A stretch of 64,000 bases of DNA, taken from the NCBI GenBank assembly GCA_964270895.1, contig OZ185438.1, one strand, 5' to 3'. Under the pieces are notes generated by a model. That model was not told where the DNA came from, did not search any database, and saw nothing but the letters and a program-made list of their open reading frames with translations. Position numbers and translations under genes: made by a program. Below are positions 24,389 through 35,715 of this stretch, in pieces (position 1 is the stretch's first letter; each line of letters begins with the position of its first letter). Source of the stretch: Podarcis filfolensis (taxonomy: Eukaryota).

Positions 24389-24801
24389 TGAACAGCTCAC
24401 GGAGAAGATTTCTAAATGTTTACATTCTCTGCACTCTAAAAGGCCCCTGAAAGTGATTGTACATTTTTTATGTGAAGATGAGCGGTCCAGATGAGTTGTA
24501 TGCACTGTGACAGTTTGCATCCTCCACAACAATGCTCGGAAATGTCCGCCAGCTCTGTTTTTTGAATAGTTTACATGTTGATATTTGTTTCTTGGCTAAC
24601 CTTGCTAGGCCCGCCAGTAAAAAGGCTTAAACTTTATTTGCAAAAGAAATAGAAGTTTGCGTTTCTTCACTGGGGGTGCAGTGGGGCTTAATTTGAGCTA
24701 TGGCTCATCATAATTTACCCCCAGAATCTTTTGGTTTAGCTCAAGAATTTGTTGGCACTGTTAGGACTCAGCCCTGGAATGTGTGAAATAACTTTTCTTC
24801 C

Positions 24802-25390
24802 CAAATAGCATGGGAAACATCCTTATTAGAAAAACTAACCAATAAACTGAAACTGACAAATAGAAGAAGATGCCTTCACCCCGGTTTGGTTCCCCTTTAT
24901 CACATACACAGCCCAACAAGACAACAAGAATCCCCCAACAGCATACGAATCAATTTGGCTAACCTGATTCAAAAATACACACTCATACCCTGCTCACACA
25001 CAAAAACAATTCTCACTGCAGCCGACCAAAGACAACCAACCACACCCTAAGCCACCCTCCAACCTCTCTCACCATCAAGGAAATACAACAAGTGAATAGT
25101 AAGAGAACCCATACAAGTAACGCTGGCACAACCCCTCACACACACTAAGTAGAATAATAGAGGCATAACCACCTCACCCCACTCCTCTCTTCCCCCCTCT
25201 TCTTTTTCCAAATTGTTTAACCAGGCATGGCCAAACTTGGCCCTTCAGCTGTTTTGGGACTACAACTCCCATCATCCCTAGCTAACAGGACCAGTGGTCA
25301 GAGATGATGGGAACTCTAGTCCCAAAACAGGTGGAGGGCCATGTTTGGCCATGCCTGGTTTAAACCAAGTCATAAACCAATAATTTATAC
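24802..25390 (+). mobile_element. L1 LINE 3' end (ORF2 C-terminus and 3'UTR), interrupted by a MITE
   Basis: Translates QIAWETSLLEKLTNKLKLT, then after a frameshift DAFTPVWFPFITY (L1 ORF2 C-terminal W-x-P-F-I-x-Y pattern). Followed by a C/A-rich UTR. Confidence 0.7.
25222..25357. mobile_element. hAT-type hairpin MITE
   Basis: TIR CAGGCATGGCCAAAC / GTTTGGCCATGCCTG with a near-complete palindrome. Flanks are GTTTAAC / GTTTAAAC (imperfect 8-bp TSD). Confidence 0.85.
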
Positions 25391-26022
25391 ATTGGCCACT
25401 AATAATGAAACATATGTTATAGATATTTTTCAGCATTTATTATGCTATTTTTGTGGTATACAAATGACATGAGAAAACTTGGTATATTTATTTGCATAAC
25501 ATTATTCTTGTTTATAAAACCCAAATTTAAAAAAAACAAAACTTTTCTTCCCCTTTGAAAAAAAGATCTTAATGTTCTGGAAGAATATATGAGCAGCATT
25601 AAGGAACTTTAGGCACATGCAAAGCACATTTCTTTAATACTGGGGAAATCACAGCATACCGACTTATCTGCATCCAGGGCTGTCTGTATTTAGCTTTTGT
25701 AGAAGTGCAGGGAAAAAGAACATAATTGGTACTAGGCACCCAACCAAGCTTCCTGAGACACTCAGCTTTTGAAAACCAAGTTTCTAGTCTTATATTTGTG
25801 ATGGCTGGCTTGAAACTGGCAGATCTCTAAAGTCAGAGTGGAGTACTGTATGTGCAAGACAAACTGCATCTCTGGATTTAATCTCATTTTTCTAGCACAA
25901 CACCACTCTGGCCCTTCTGTGAGCAGAAGGCAACTTCCACATGCAGCCTAAAACAATAATTCTAGCTCTGTAAAACACTTACATTGCTATCTACAGCTAA
26001 TTTCATTTTGCTTGAAAAGTAA

Positions 26023-26193
<171 letters not shown>

Positions 26194-26414
26194 TAAGATC
26201 TCTGAAAACAAAATCAATTGGATACAGTACCCAATTCATCGTTAATAGTGCAATCCTGTACATGCTACTCTGAAGTAAGCTTCAACAAGTTCAATGTGAC
26301 TTACTCCTACCTAAGTGTGTTAAGGATTGCAGCTTAAATATTATATATCAGAAATGGGCTTGCTATGATCTGCTTACATTTTAGTAGAAGTTAAACCAAT
26401 GTGTTTTGAATATA

Positions 26415-27272
26415 CAGTGGTACCTCAGGTTAAGTACTTAATTGGTTCCAGAAGTCTGTTCTTAACCTGAAGCGCACTTTCCCACTGAAAGTAATGGAAA
26501 AGTGGATTGATCCGTTCTAGATGATGAAAAACACCCCCTAAAACAGCAATTTAACATGAATTTTACTGTCTAACAAGACCATTGATCCATAAAATGAAGG
26601 CAATAATCAATGTACTGTACTATAAAATAAATAAGACAGTATTGTAGATGAAAAAATTAACATTTATTTTTTTCTTACATGCACTGATGATAGTCATTGT
26701 TTGGCTGGGGGGCTTTTATCCATTTCTGCAGTCACACAATCAACCAGTAGCTGAACTGGGCTCCACACGATCCCCAAAACAATGACAGAAGGCAGAGTCC
26801 CCCAGAAGTCCCCCAAACGAAGGAGCAAAACAGAGACAAAGGCACAGGGCAGACTCACATAAACAAATCCCAAAATCCTTTGCAGAATCCCAAAATCTTC
26901 CACTCCCCCCCCCTCCCACAGGGTAGGTGGGCTTACCTGGCAAGGTGCCACCCACCTTGCTACAGCTGGGGGTGGGGCAAGGCTTGGTAAAGGGCTTTTC
27001 GGCCCAGTGTTCCTTGCCTAACTTTGGGGCTGGGATGCGACCTGCTGGGCATCATGAGGATGTCGGGCCTGGCTCTGGGCAGTTGTGAAGGCCTCAGAAA
27101 GCTCTCGCAGCTGGAGGCCGATCACGGAGCCTCTGTAGGCCCTGCGGATGTTGGGGCCTGGCTCCGGGCAGCGGCGAGGCCTCTGAGAACTCGGAACACT
27201 CACTTCCAGGTTAAAAACGTTCATAACCCGAAAAAAACATAACCCGAGGGCTCAGAACCAGAGGTACCACTG
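26415..27272 (-). mobile_element. Tc1/mariner-type non-autonomous element (858 bp) with a long GC-rich interior
   Basis: Ends CAGTGGTACCTC / GAGGTACCACTG with TA on both sides. The left end is the reverse complement of the right end of the 226-bp MITE family. Confidence 0.85.
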
Positions 27273-27984
27273 TAGAAAACAAGAGCTCAAGACCTCATAA
27301 TATTTTCTTTACCTGAATGGCAGCAACTAGCAGGCAGTAAAGGGGCCCATCAAAAATTGTCCTACCTTCTCTCCCAGTCCCTACTTTTCTATATTGTGCA
27401 ATCTAAAATCAGCTGCTACATGCTTAACCCCATTTTACAGAACCCAGAAAGGCAGAAACGCAGTGACTAGGAGGCCTTGGAATGGCAATGATGCAGTAAG
27501 CCCCTGTTATCTGTGTGGCTTCTAAGAGGCAGCTTGTCTCCTCCCTTGCCACACTGCAGGCTGCTCTTTCAGCATGGAAGATTCTAAGGCTGGTTATGAT
27601 GCAGTACTGGGGTATTGACTGGAAAAGGGGAGAAAAAAACCACTTTGTTCAATGTGTGGGTGGGCAAGAGGAGGTCCTTGTGCTTTTCAGGATCTAGTGA
27701 CTTCACTGTTGTTCACATCAGAACCATGGTACTGTATTAGTCTGTTAATCAGTATTTATTATGCTACACAAAATATGGCAATTATTTATAAATAGCAAAT
27801 AAACTATGAACCATGTGTCTCAACAATGATGGGAACACATGAAAGGAGAGGTTTTAAAATTGTTGTCAGATAATCTATCTATCTGGGTAATATTTCTTTA
27901 GAAAGACCTTACCCATTCCTGCACTTTTCTCTGCGGGCCATAATAGCAATAAAGTCTGTGAGATCTTTCCCAGTCTGCATCTGT

Positions 27985-28103
27985 ACTGGAATTGTTTTTT
28001 CAAAACGTTCTAAGATGTTCTTATTGTTTTATCACTTGTTGTTTGCCACCCAGGGCTCCTTTGGGAGGAAGGGTGAGATACAAATTTAATAATAAACAAA
28101 CAA
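27985..28103 (+). mobile_element. L2/SINE-type 3' tail fragment
   Basis: GTTTGCCACCCAGGGCTCCTTTGGGAGGAAGGGTGAGATACAAATTTAATAATAAAC is a typical L2-related terminus. Confidence 0.55.
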
Positions 28104-28901
28104 GCAACTTTCAGCAGCACAACCACAATCAGCTCTTGGATCTCACAGTGCCAAGCCATTGCCATTCACAGCTGCTTCCTCCTCATACTAATCCATGGGG
28201 CTCACAGGCAAACAAAGACTGAAATTATCATCTTTGGGTGAGCATGCCATCTAGGGTGGAAATGCTGAGCAAGACAATAATAATAATAATAATAATCTTT
28301 TTTAAAAATGCAGGATACAAAATCTGTCCTGCAAAGGAAGCAGCAATTTCATTCATCAAAGAAGAATGGTAGAAGAGACAGACACAACAGCAGAGGAAAT
28401 TGGTCCATGCATGCAGTTCCTTAGACAAACAGTCTTCTGGTTGTTTAGTACTTGTTGCTGGGATTGCTCTTGCCTCATAATTAACTCTTACTACCCTGAG
28501 AAAGGATGAACAATTGAAAAGCTAAGCTAAAAGAAAAGAATATAGAAAATAGTATGCCCCTACGTTACATCAGAACTCATTGCCCATCACCCAAACAGAA
28601 CAGAAGAGTGGTGGGAAGCAAAATAGATCTCAGACTTACTTTAGAGCAGGAAGGTGGCTGGCTTGTGGCCTCTTGATGTTGATGGGCTACCAGGTCCCAT
28701 GCTGACTGGGGCTGATGGGAGTTGAAGTCCAAAACTTCTGGAAGGCCACACAGGTTAGCAACTCAATTTAGAAAATGCTCAGTCTCTAACAGGATGCAAA
28801 TGTTGTAAAGGTTCACATGTCAGAAGTGTCTGTGGTTTCCTTTGTTATTCTCTCCATTCCAATTTCAGAGTGTGTTTTTTTTTTAAATTCTTCTCTTTTA
28901 G

Positions 28902-29001
28902 GTGCATCTCCTTATCCAGGTGTTCAGATAGATGAAGACTTTTTCAACAAGTTAAAAGAAGGCATAAGAATGAAAGCTCCAGATTTTGCAACCCCAGAGA
29001 T
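28902..29001 (+). CDS. FLT1: VEGFR1 exon 25-equivalent ([34 protein letters not shown])
   Basis: ttttag| and |gtacga, 100 nt. Confidence 0.96.
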
Positions 29002-29237
29002 GTACGAGTGCTTTGGACAGTATCATTTTTGGCATGCATTACTTTGGGACAAACCAAACAGTGTGCACATGTAACAAAATGCCACCAACCTTCATTAGGA
29101 TAAAAGTGCTTTGGGAATTTAGAACAGTAGGATTTGGGAAAGAGGTGCATAAACCTTCCCAGCCTGTTACTTCTATGCTTGATATCACCCTTTCCCCCGT
29201 TGCTTTTCGTGCCATAGGGTTTCAAATGTCTTCATTT

Positions 29238-29474
29238 GAGAGCCAGTGTGGTGTAGTGGTTAAGAGCGGTAGTCTCGTAATCTGGGGAACCGGGTTCACG
29301 TCTCCGCTCCTCCACATGCAGCTGCTGGGTGACCTTGGGCCAGTCACACTTCTTTGAAGTCTCTCAGCCCCACTCACCTCACAGAGTGTTTGTTGTGGGG
29401 GAGGAAGGGAAAGGAGAATGTTAGCCGCTTTGAGACTCCTTAAAGGGAGTGAAAGGTGGGATATCAGATCCAAA

Positions 29475-29507
<33 letters not shown>

Positions 29508-29537
29508 TTCTTCTTCTTCTTCTTCTTCTTCTTCTTC
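29238..29537 (+). mobile_element. Squam3-type (MIR-related) SINE with (CTT)n tail
   Basis: Head GAGCCAGTGTGGTGTAGTGGTTAAGAG, core TGGGTGACCTTGGGCCAGTCAC, long CTT tail. Highly similar to 55211-55499. Confidence 0.88.
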
Positions 29538-29559
29538 ATACCCTCACAAATACTCATTT

Positions 29560-30636
29560 GGGGTGGCTAATCTGTGGCCATCCAGATGTTGTTTTTTTTT
29601 TAATTAAATATTTATTGGTATTTTCAGAAAACACACAACAAACAAAAACAAAAAAAATAAACAAAATATTCGAAACTAAACAAAAAAGATAGAAAAAACA
29701 CATACAGTTTCTGATACTTATTTTCCTCAACCTTATTTCTCAGACCTCCTCACACCTCCCCTTCTTGTATTCCAATTTAAATTGTCAATTCAGCAAGTCC
29801 TTAACTTATTTCTTCACCTTAACTTAAACATTTATTCTAACATACTGTTATTTTACTTTACTTCTTTTTTCCATTTCCTCCATTTATTTTTTAACAGCCT
29901 TATTCTCACTTAGTTAAAAAAAAAAAAAGAAAAAAAAACCAATTTCACCTTATTAAAATTACACATCAATACTTATACCTCATTAATTTACTCTTGAACC
30001 TTTTTCCTAAGGTCGACCAAAATTTCCCTTCCACGGTTTACCCAATTTCCTTACCACTAACAAAATATAAAACAAACAAAGCAATGCAAATTATCCTTAT
30101 GTACCCTTTGGATTCCCAACCTCCACCCACCCTTCTCCCGGTTCCAGTCCCCAACCAATATCCATCAGTCTTTATATTATTTATTTAGCCTGGAGATCTC
30201 AGGTCCGAGGCCCTTATGTCTCTCTCAGTTCCTTTCTGCCGGTCTCTTTGATAGACCTTGATGTTAAGCCCCAGGTCTCGGAGGGGCTCCGGCCCAACAG
30301 AATCGATGTTGCTTCTAGCCAGTCCTCCATACTTAAAAGCAAAAGCAAAGCCTATGGGGTATTCCAACTCTTGTTTCAAATTTCTTTCAAATCCAAATGT
30401 CCCCACAGCTCCAGCTTCCACCTTCAACAAATTTATAATCCTCAGGTCTTCAGATCTCCTCAAAAGAGGATCTCTCCATTTTCCAAATTCCCAATCAAAC
30501 CAGGCTTTCCGCATCCAGTTTTTATTGTCCTTTTTGAATTCCACCTCCATCAACCCCAGCCAGCAAGGCCAATGGTCAGGGATGATGGGAGTTGTAGTCC
30601 AACAATATCTAGAGAGCCACCGCTTAGCCACCCCTG
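29560..30636. mobile_element. hAT-type hairpin MITE split by a retroposed insertion (halves ~29560-29591 and 30536-30636)
   Basis: Left GGGGTGGCTAA...CCAGATGTTG and right ...GGGAGTTGTAGTCC...TTAGCCACCCCTG are complementary ends. Confidence 0.65.
29592..30535 (-). mobile_element. 5'-truncated retroposed element with poly(A) tail, L1-like 3'UTR and an unassigned ORF end
   Basis: T10 tract at 29592, a UTR-like ~600 nt, and an open frame on - ending at 30185. Inserted into a MITE. Confidence 0.65.
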
Positions 30637-31089
30637 CTGTAGGCAGATAGTTAACCTAGTTTTAAGGGGGAGAAACTGGAACAGAGAAATTATAGGTGGT
30701 GAAAAGGTTAAGCACCACATTCTCTACTCTTAAGTCACCCCTTCCTGAATCATTTTTTTCTGCTTTCCTTAAAAACATAATTTGGCTTTGGCTTTAGTTA
30801 GGCCTTCAGCTAGCTTTTTCCTTAAAGGAACTTATCCTTAAGATCTGCTCTCTGGGTTTTGGGATTCAAGGCAGGGGTGCCTAAGCTGTGGTCTTCTGTA
30901 TGTTTTGGACTTCAGCTCCCCTAAGCTCCAGACAGGATGGAGGGCCACACACACACAATTTAGGATGTATACTAGTTCCTATGCCCGTCTCACAATCAGA
31001 ATGATTTTGTGTAATTCCTATGGAGACACATTCACGGAGAACATGATATCAGAAAGGGACATCAAAACGATTTTGGGGTGGTGATCCTG

Positions 31090-31610
31090 TAAGTTGGGGC
31101 TGGGAAATTGGATTCAGCCAGAGGGCCAGGTCTGGAAGTGGCCAGCCCCACACAGACTACTTTGACAGGTGAGGCCACACATCCTCCATTCACCTGGTGT
31201 CACATAACATGAGGTAATTGTGGCTTCAATCTGCAGTTGCATTCCCAATTCTTCCTTTGCAGCTGGATTGAATTCAAGCCATGGCTGCAAAGGATGGTTT
31301 GCTCCTTTGCATCATCAGCTTGAATTCAAGCAGTGGCTTTAAAGGAAGAATTGGGAGTGTACTCAGAATGCACTGCCCCTTCTTTTGCAGGCAAAATTCT
31401 GTACTTTTTTCATTTCTCTGTTCAGAGCAAAAGAAAAAAGTGACAAATTCGAGAAGTGCTACATTTTGCCTTCCCCTGCAGCAGCTGCCTCTTGAACTTT
31501 CCCATGCTTGATGTCATATATGACGTCAGGCTAAGAAAGATGGGTGTGGTGCCCCAAAAACGACTTGCTGGGCTGATCTTGAAGCCCATGGACTAGAGGT
31601 TCCCAACCGC
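31090..31610. mobile_element. Probable hAT-derived non-autonomous element
   Basis: Internal inverted repeat CCCAATTCTTCCTTT...TTGAATTCAAGC / GCTTGAATTCAAG...AAAGGAAGAATTGGG and a right end AGAGGTTCCCAACC. Boundaries approximate. Confidence 0.45.
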
Positions 31611-31734
31611 TGATGAAACCAGACTCCTGTATGCAGGATATTCCCAGAAAAATCCAAATGGATGGCAATGCAATATGATGACACCAAAAGAGCCTGTTAG
31701 GATCAGTGGTATTAGGAAGCCCAGTGAATACAGG

Positions 31735-31891
31735 CAGTGGCGTAGCGTGGGGGGTACGGGGGGCCCGGCCGCACCAGGCGCAACATCTGGGGTTAGGGCA
31801 AATCCACGGGTTAGGGGGCGCAAATCCACGGGTTAGGGGGTGCAAATTACTTGCCTTGCCCCGGGTGCTGACAACCCACGCTACGCCACTG
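31735..31891. mobile_element. Young hAT-type MITE (157 bp) with TTAGGG-containing 22-bp repeats
   Basis: Perfect 16-bp TIR CAGTGGCGTAGCGTGG / CCACGCTACGCCACTG and perfect 8-bp TSD AATACAGG (31727-31734, 31892-31899). Confidence 0.95.
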
Positions 31892-33476
31892 AATACAGGC
31901 TCCAGATTAATTTAAATCCAGGTGCATTTGCAGGAGCCCTTGGAAGAACCACAACTCTAATAGTCCTCCTTGCCTGCCATGCTGTTAGAGGATGGGGGGA
32001 AAGACCTACCATTTTTTCCTACTGTTGCTGCTCCCTACTGGTAGGACAGGGGAATATGTGTGTGTGTGGTAGGAAAAATGGGAGCGACCTTTGGGTATGG
32101 GGAAGGCAGCAGGGACAGGTGAGGCAAATGACAGAAACATACCTGTGTGAAGTTGAGTGGAGCTGGGATGTCTTCTCCTGCTGGGGTTTTCATCTATGTA
32201 GGAGAAGACATTTGGGGCTTGTAAAACTCACCTCTTCTTTTGCAAGGGATTTTTACAGGCCTCCCAAGTTAGGTTTCTAGTCTGAGCTTGAAGAACTTCC
32301 CCAGCATCTCAAATGCGTAGCACATGCATGACTACTACCTCCTAAAGTATGGGTTAAAATTCCTGTCTGAAGCCAACTGAACCTCCTTTGTTATACAAAC
32401 AAATCCCTAAGCCCTGCATCTGAGAATCTACCAGACATTGCCCACACACTATTAATCCTATCTTAAGTGGGGTGGGGAGGTTGGTAAATAAAAGCAAGGA
32501 TTCTCAAGAAATACCACATGAGATGTGCGACATCCCGTTCCCCTTTTGATGCTTCAGCATCACTCTGTTCAGCCACCACATTTACTAATAGTCCTATGAT
32601 GGCAAAACTACAGAATGAAACTTTCTGGTTTGGCCATTGTGAGGCCTGTGTGCTTTGGGGTGGGTGTATGGATAACAACTGAGAGAGGAATCTGTGAAGA
32701 GCAGCAGAGGTTATCAGAGATTGGGGGCAGAGATCTGTGATGCAGGCTGCTGAGGGCTCCTGGTGTTTGGCTTATGCCAGAGAAGGTCGATGAAGCAGCT
32801 TGATAACCTTTCAAACACATGAAAGGCTGATGTGAGCAATGGCGTAACTGGCGCTTGGAGGGCAAGAGATAATGGGCTTACACTGCAGTAGAGAAGCTTT
32901 AAGATTTCAATGCAACAGAGATTTTTCTAGCCCTGAGATTAGTCTGGCAAGCGAGCAACCAAGCTATGGAGCCTTGTGAGGAGTTTAAGTATTTGTTCAT
33001 CATTCACATGTGGAAAGAGGAAGAATGAAAAAGCAGGAGTTTCATCATCACTGTACTGACTTCTTCCTCACTTTCCTCAGAACCTGAATCCTATGAAAAA
33101 TAATTAAAACTGCAACAGTTAACTCTGTAGCTTAACTCTGTAGAAATGCCTGAAATACCACAAGAGGTTTGATGTGTTCTCTACTGCACGGCACTGATGG
33201 TTCTTCAAGGCACACAAATGCTCTGAACTCTGGGGGTATCGGTAGCACTTTCATCATTTCTGTATTTTGTTTGAAGCACATAAAATCAGAGAGAGTTTAA
33301 GTTAGAAAGTATGAGAGAAAAGAGAGAGAGGGAGGTGGACGTCTATAGAAAATAATTTAAAAATGGATCCCATGTTTCAAGTTTGGGTTAAGGGTGGCTC
33401 CCAGATCTGAGGTCTGCTGTTCAAGTGTGAGTCATAGAAGTAGTGCTCATGATACCCTGTCTTTTGCTTTTGGCAG

Positions 33477-33582
33477 ATATCAGATCATGCTGGATTGCTG
33501 GCAAGGGGATTCAAAGGAAAGGCCAAGATTCTCAGAGCTGGTGGAGAGATTGGGAGATCTACTTCAAGCAAACGTAAAGCAG
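33477..33582 (+). CDS. FLT1: VEGFR1 exon 26-equivalent ([35 protein letters not shown]); GC donor
   Basis: tggcag| acceptor. The homology-defined end (106 nt) is followed by GCAAGC rather than GT. Confidence 0.93.
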
Positions 33583-33747
33583 GCAAGCAGCAAAATGCAG
33601 TGTACACCATGTTTATGGTGTTTCAGGGAGGTCATGGTTGTTTGACAGTGGAATGGACTCCCCAGAGAGCTTGTGGACTCCAATGCTTGGCATTGTTTTC
33701 ACACTATTCCTATCTGTTTGATAATTTTTATACTTCTGTTTATGTAG

Positions 33748-33890
33748 GATGGCAAAGACTATATCCCTCTGAATACTATATTATCAGTGGATCCTGAATT
33801 TGACCATTCCTCTCCAACTTCCCCTCATCCTCATGAGAGAGGAAATCATTCAGTACCAGCCTTGAACTACACAAGCATCGAAAACACTGG
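33748..33890 (+). CDS. FLT1: VEGFR1 exon 27-equivalent (DGKDYIPLN...; Y1169-equivalent)
   Basis: atgtag| and |gtatga, 143 nt, open frame. Confidence 0.93.
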
Positions 33891-34166
33891 GTATGATGGA
33901 ATACCAAGATATTTTACATATATAGCAAAGTAATGACTAGCAGTATGGATTTCGTGCATGCCCTCTAAAGTTTGCCCAACCATCCAGAACAGATTTAGGG
34001 GATGTGAGGGGAAAGATGGGGCCAAGTCCTGTTGCACAACTGGATCTCATTCTGCTCATGCAACAACTTAGTTAAATCCCGCCCATAAAGTTAGAGTGTG
34101 TTTCTCACCCTTGTTCAGATGTTCACAGGTAGGAAGAATATAAAACAGAGCAGCTCAATGTACATA

Positions 34167-34408
34167 CAGTGGTACCTCGGGTTACATACGCTTCAGGTTA
34201 CATACGCTTCAGGTTACAGACTCCGCTAACCCAGAAATAGTGCTTCAGGTTAAGAACTCAGAATGAGAACAGAAATCGTGTTCCAGCGGCGCAGCAGCAG
34301 CAGCAGCAGGAGGCCCCATTAGCTAAAGTGGTGCTTCAGGTTAAGAACAGTTTCGAGTTAAGTACGGACCTCTGGAACGAATTAAGTACTTAACCCGAGG
34401 TACCACTG
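34167..34408 (+). mobile_element. Tc1/mariner-type MITE (242 bp), same family as 17942-18167
   Basis: Same 18-bp TIRs and TA flanks. Has an internal 16-nt duplication GGTTACATACGCTTCA and a (GCA)n expansion. Confidence 0.93.
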
Positions 34409-34464
34409 TATAGGGTATGTTTTGAGATCATCTAACAAGCTTTTTCTTCTGCTTGCTTTTCAAG

Positions 34465-34540
34465 GAGATATGTTAATGCCTTCAGAATGAAAGTCAAGAC
34501 CTTTGAAGAACTTTCACCCAAAAACAAACTTGGATGTGAT
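34465..34540 (+). CDS. FLT1: VEGFR1 exon 28-equivalent (RYVNAFRMKVKTFEELSPKNKLGCD; Y1213-equivalent)
   Basis: Tandem acceptor caag|gag|a, so the start is 34465 or 34468. Donor |gtaagt. YVNAF and KTFEEL are conserved. Confidence 0.9.
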
Positions 34541-35715
34541 GTAAGTCACGATCAACCTACTAAAATGTGTGGTGTGTGCCATTTTAGATTCAGCCTTGTG
34601 TTGCTGAGCTAAAGAGGAATACAACAGATCCTTTGTGGTCCTCTTCCTCCAGGATGGGCTGATGTTGTGGGAAGAGTGACTCATTTGCTGTGCAAGTTGG
34701 TATTGTCCTGCTGATGTACACGGCGAGAGTAACACGCTTAAAAGTAGCATTATTTTTTTTCATACTGTTAATTAGCCAAATGGTAAATAATGTGCTGGGT
34801 GTGATATACCTGTGTGGAGAGAGTGTTTGTATGTTGCAGGGACCTCTAGGAGGGATGCAGTGCACACTCCCCACCACGGCTGGCCTTTTCTCCGTTCGTC
34901 ACAGTAGAGTGTGACAGTGGAACTAGTCTAATTACTCATTCATTTCTATCCAATCCTTCCATCTAAACCTCAGGGCAGTTGATGGGCAAGCTCCCCAAAC
35001 CACAAACTGACTTGGGAAAAAGTTGGGAATATATCACTTTAAAAAAATTTACTTAGCTATTCTGACTTTTTGAAATCACTCACTCACCTACCTCCCCAAA
35101 CCCCTTTCAATAGGAGCAGCAGATTAAAGGAGCTTGTAGGACTATGGAGCTTGCAGTAGCCCTTGGAAAAACTATAACTCCCAGGAGCTATGGTGGCCTT
35201 CTCTACTGCTGTATTAGCAGTGAACAAATTTTGTAATTGTAGCTGGCATACTACCCCATCTGCTCCCATCACAACATGGAGTGAGCGCCTCCAGATGTCA
35301 TTTTTATTGTGCGTACACAGTGATTTGTGCTCATGGTGGTGTTAAATAAATGAATGTTTATTACTACGGCCAAATAGCCAACATACTAAAACCAGAATTT
35401 CTGCATAGTTCTTTACAAAAGCGATATACACGATCAGTGCTCTCTGTGCCTACAAAAGGTTTAGGTTTGGACATACCGCTTCATTCCCAACCAGTGCCAT
35501 TTCTCATAGCTTCCTGCTGAAATCCTGTAACTTTTTGTCCCACAAAGGTTCTGGGTTGTTTCCCCACCCTATTGCCCAATTTAGTTGTGCAAGAGTGCCC
35601 CCTCCAGATGGCAATAATGCAGCAACGTGGCAAAAGCAGCACATAATAACCAATGCAGCGGAGGGGGCAGTGTAGTGTAACTCCACCACTAATGTGCTAT
35701 TGTTGTGTCAATGGC

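Noticed and set aside
24840-25200. G-poor, C/A-rich tract suggesting a mitochondrial insertion
   Set aside because: No mitochondrial gene translation found. It reads as an L1 ORF2 end plus 3'UTR.
29222-29692. Poly-Lys and poly-Leu ORFs
   Set aside because: Translations of the (CTT)n SINE tail.
32250-32870. Possible old L2/Penelope-like fragment
   Set aside because: Too diverged to support by eye.
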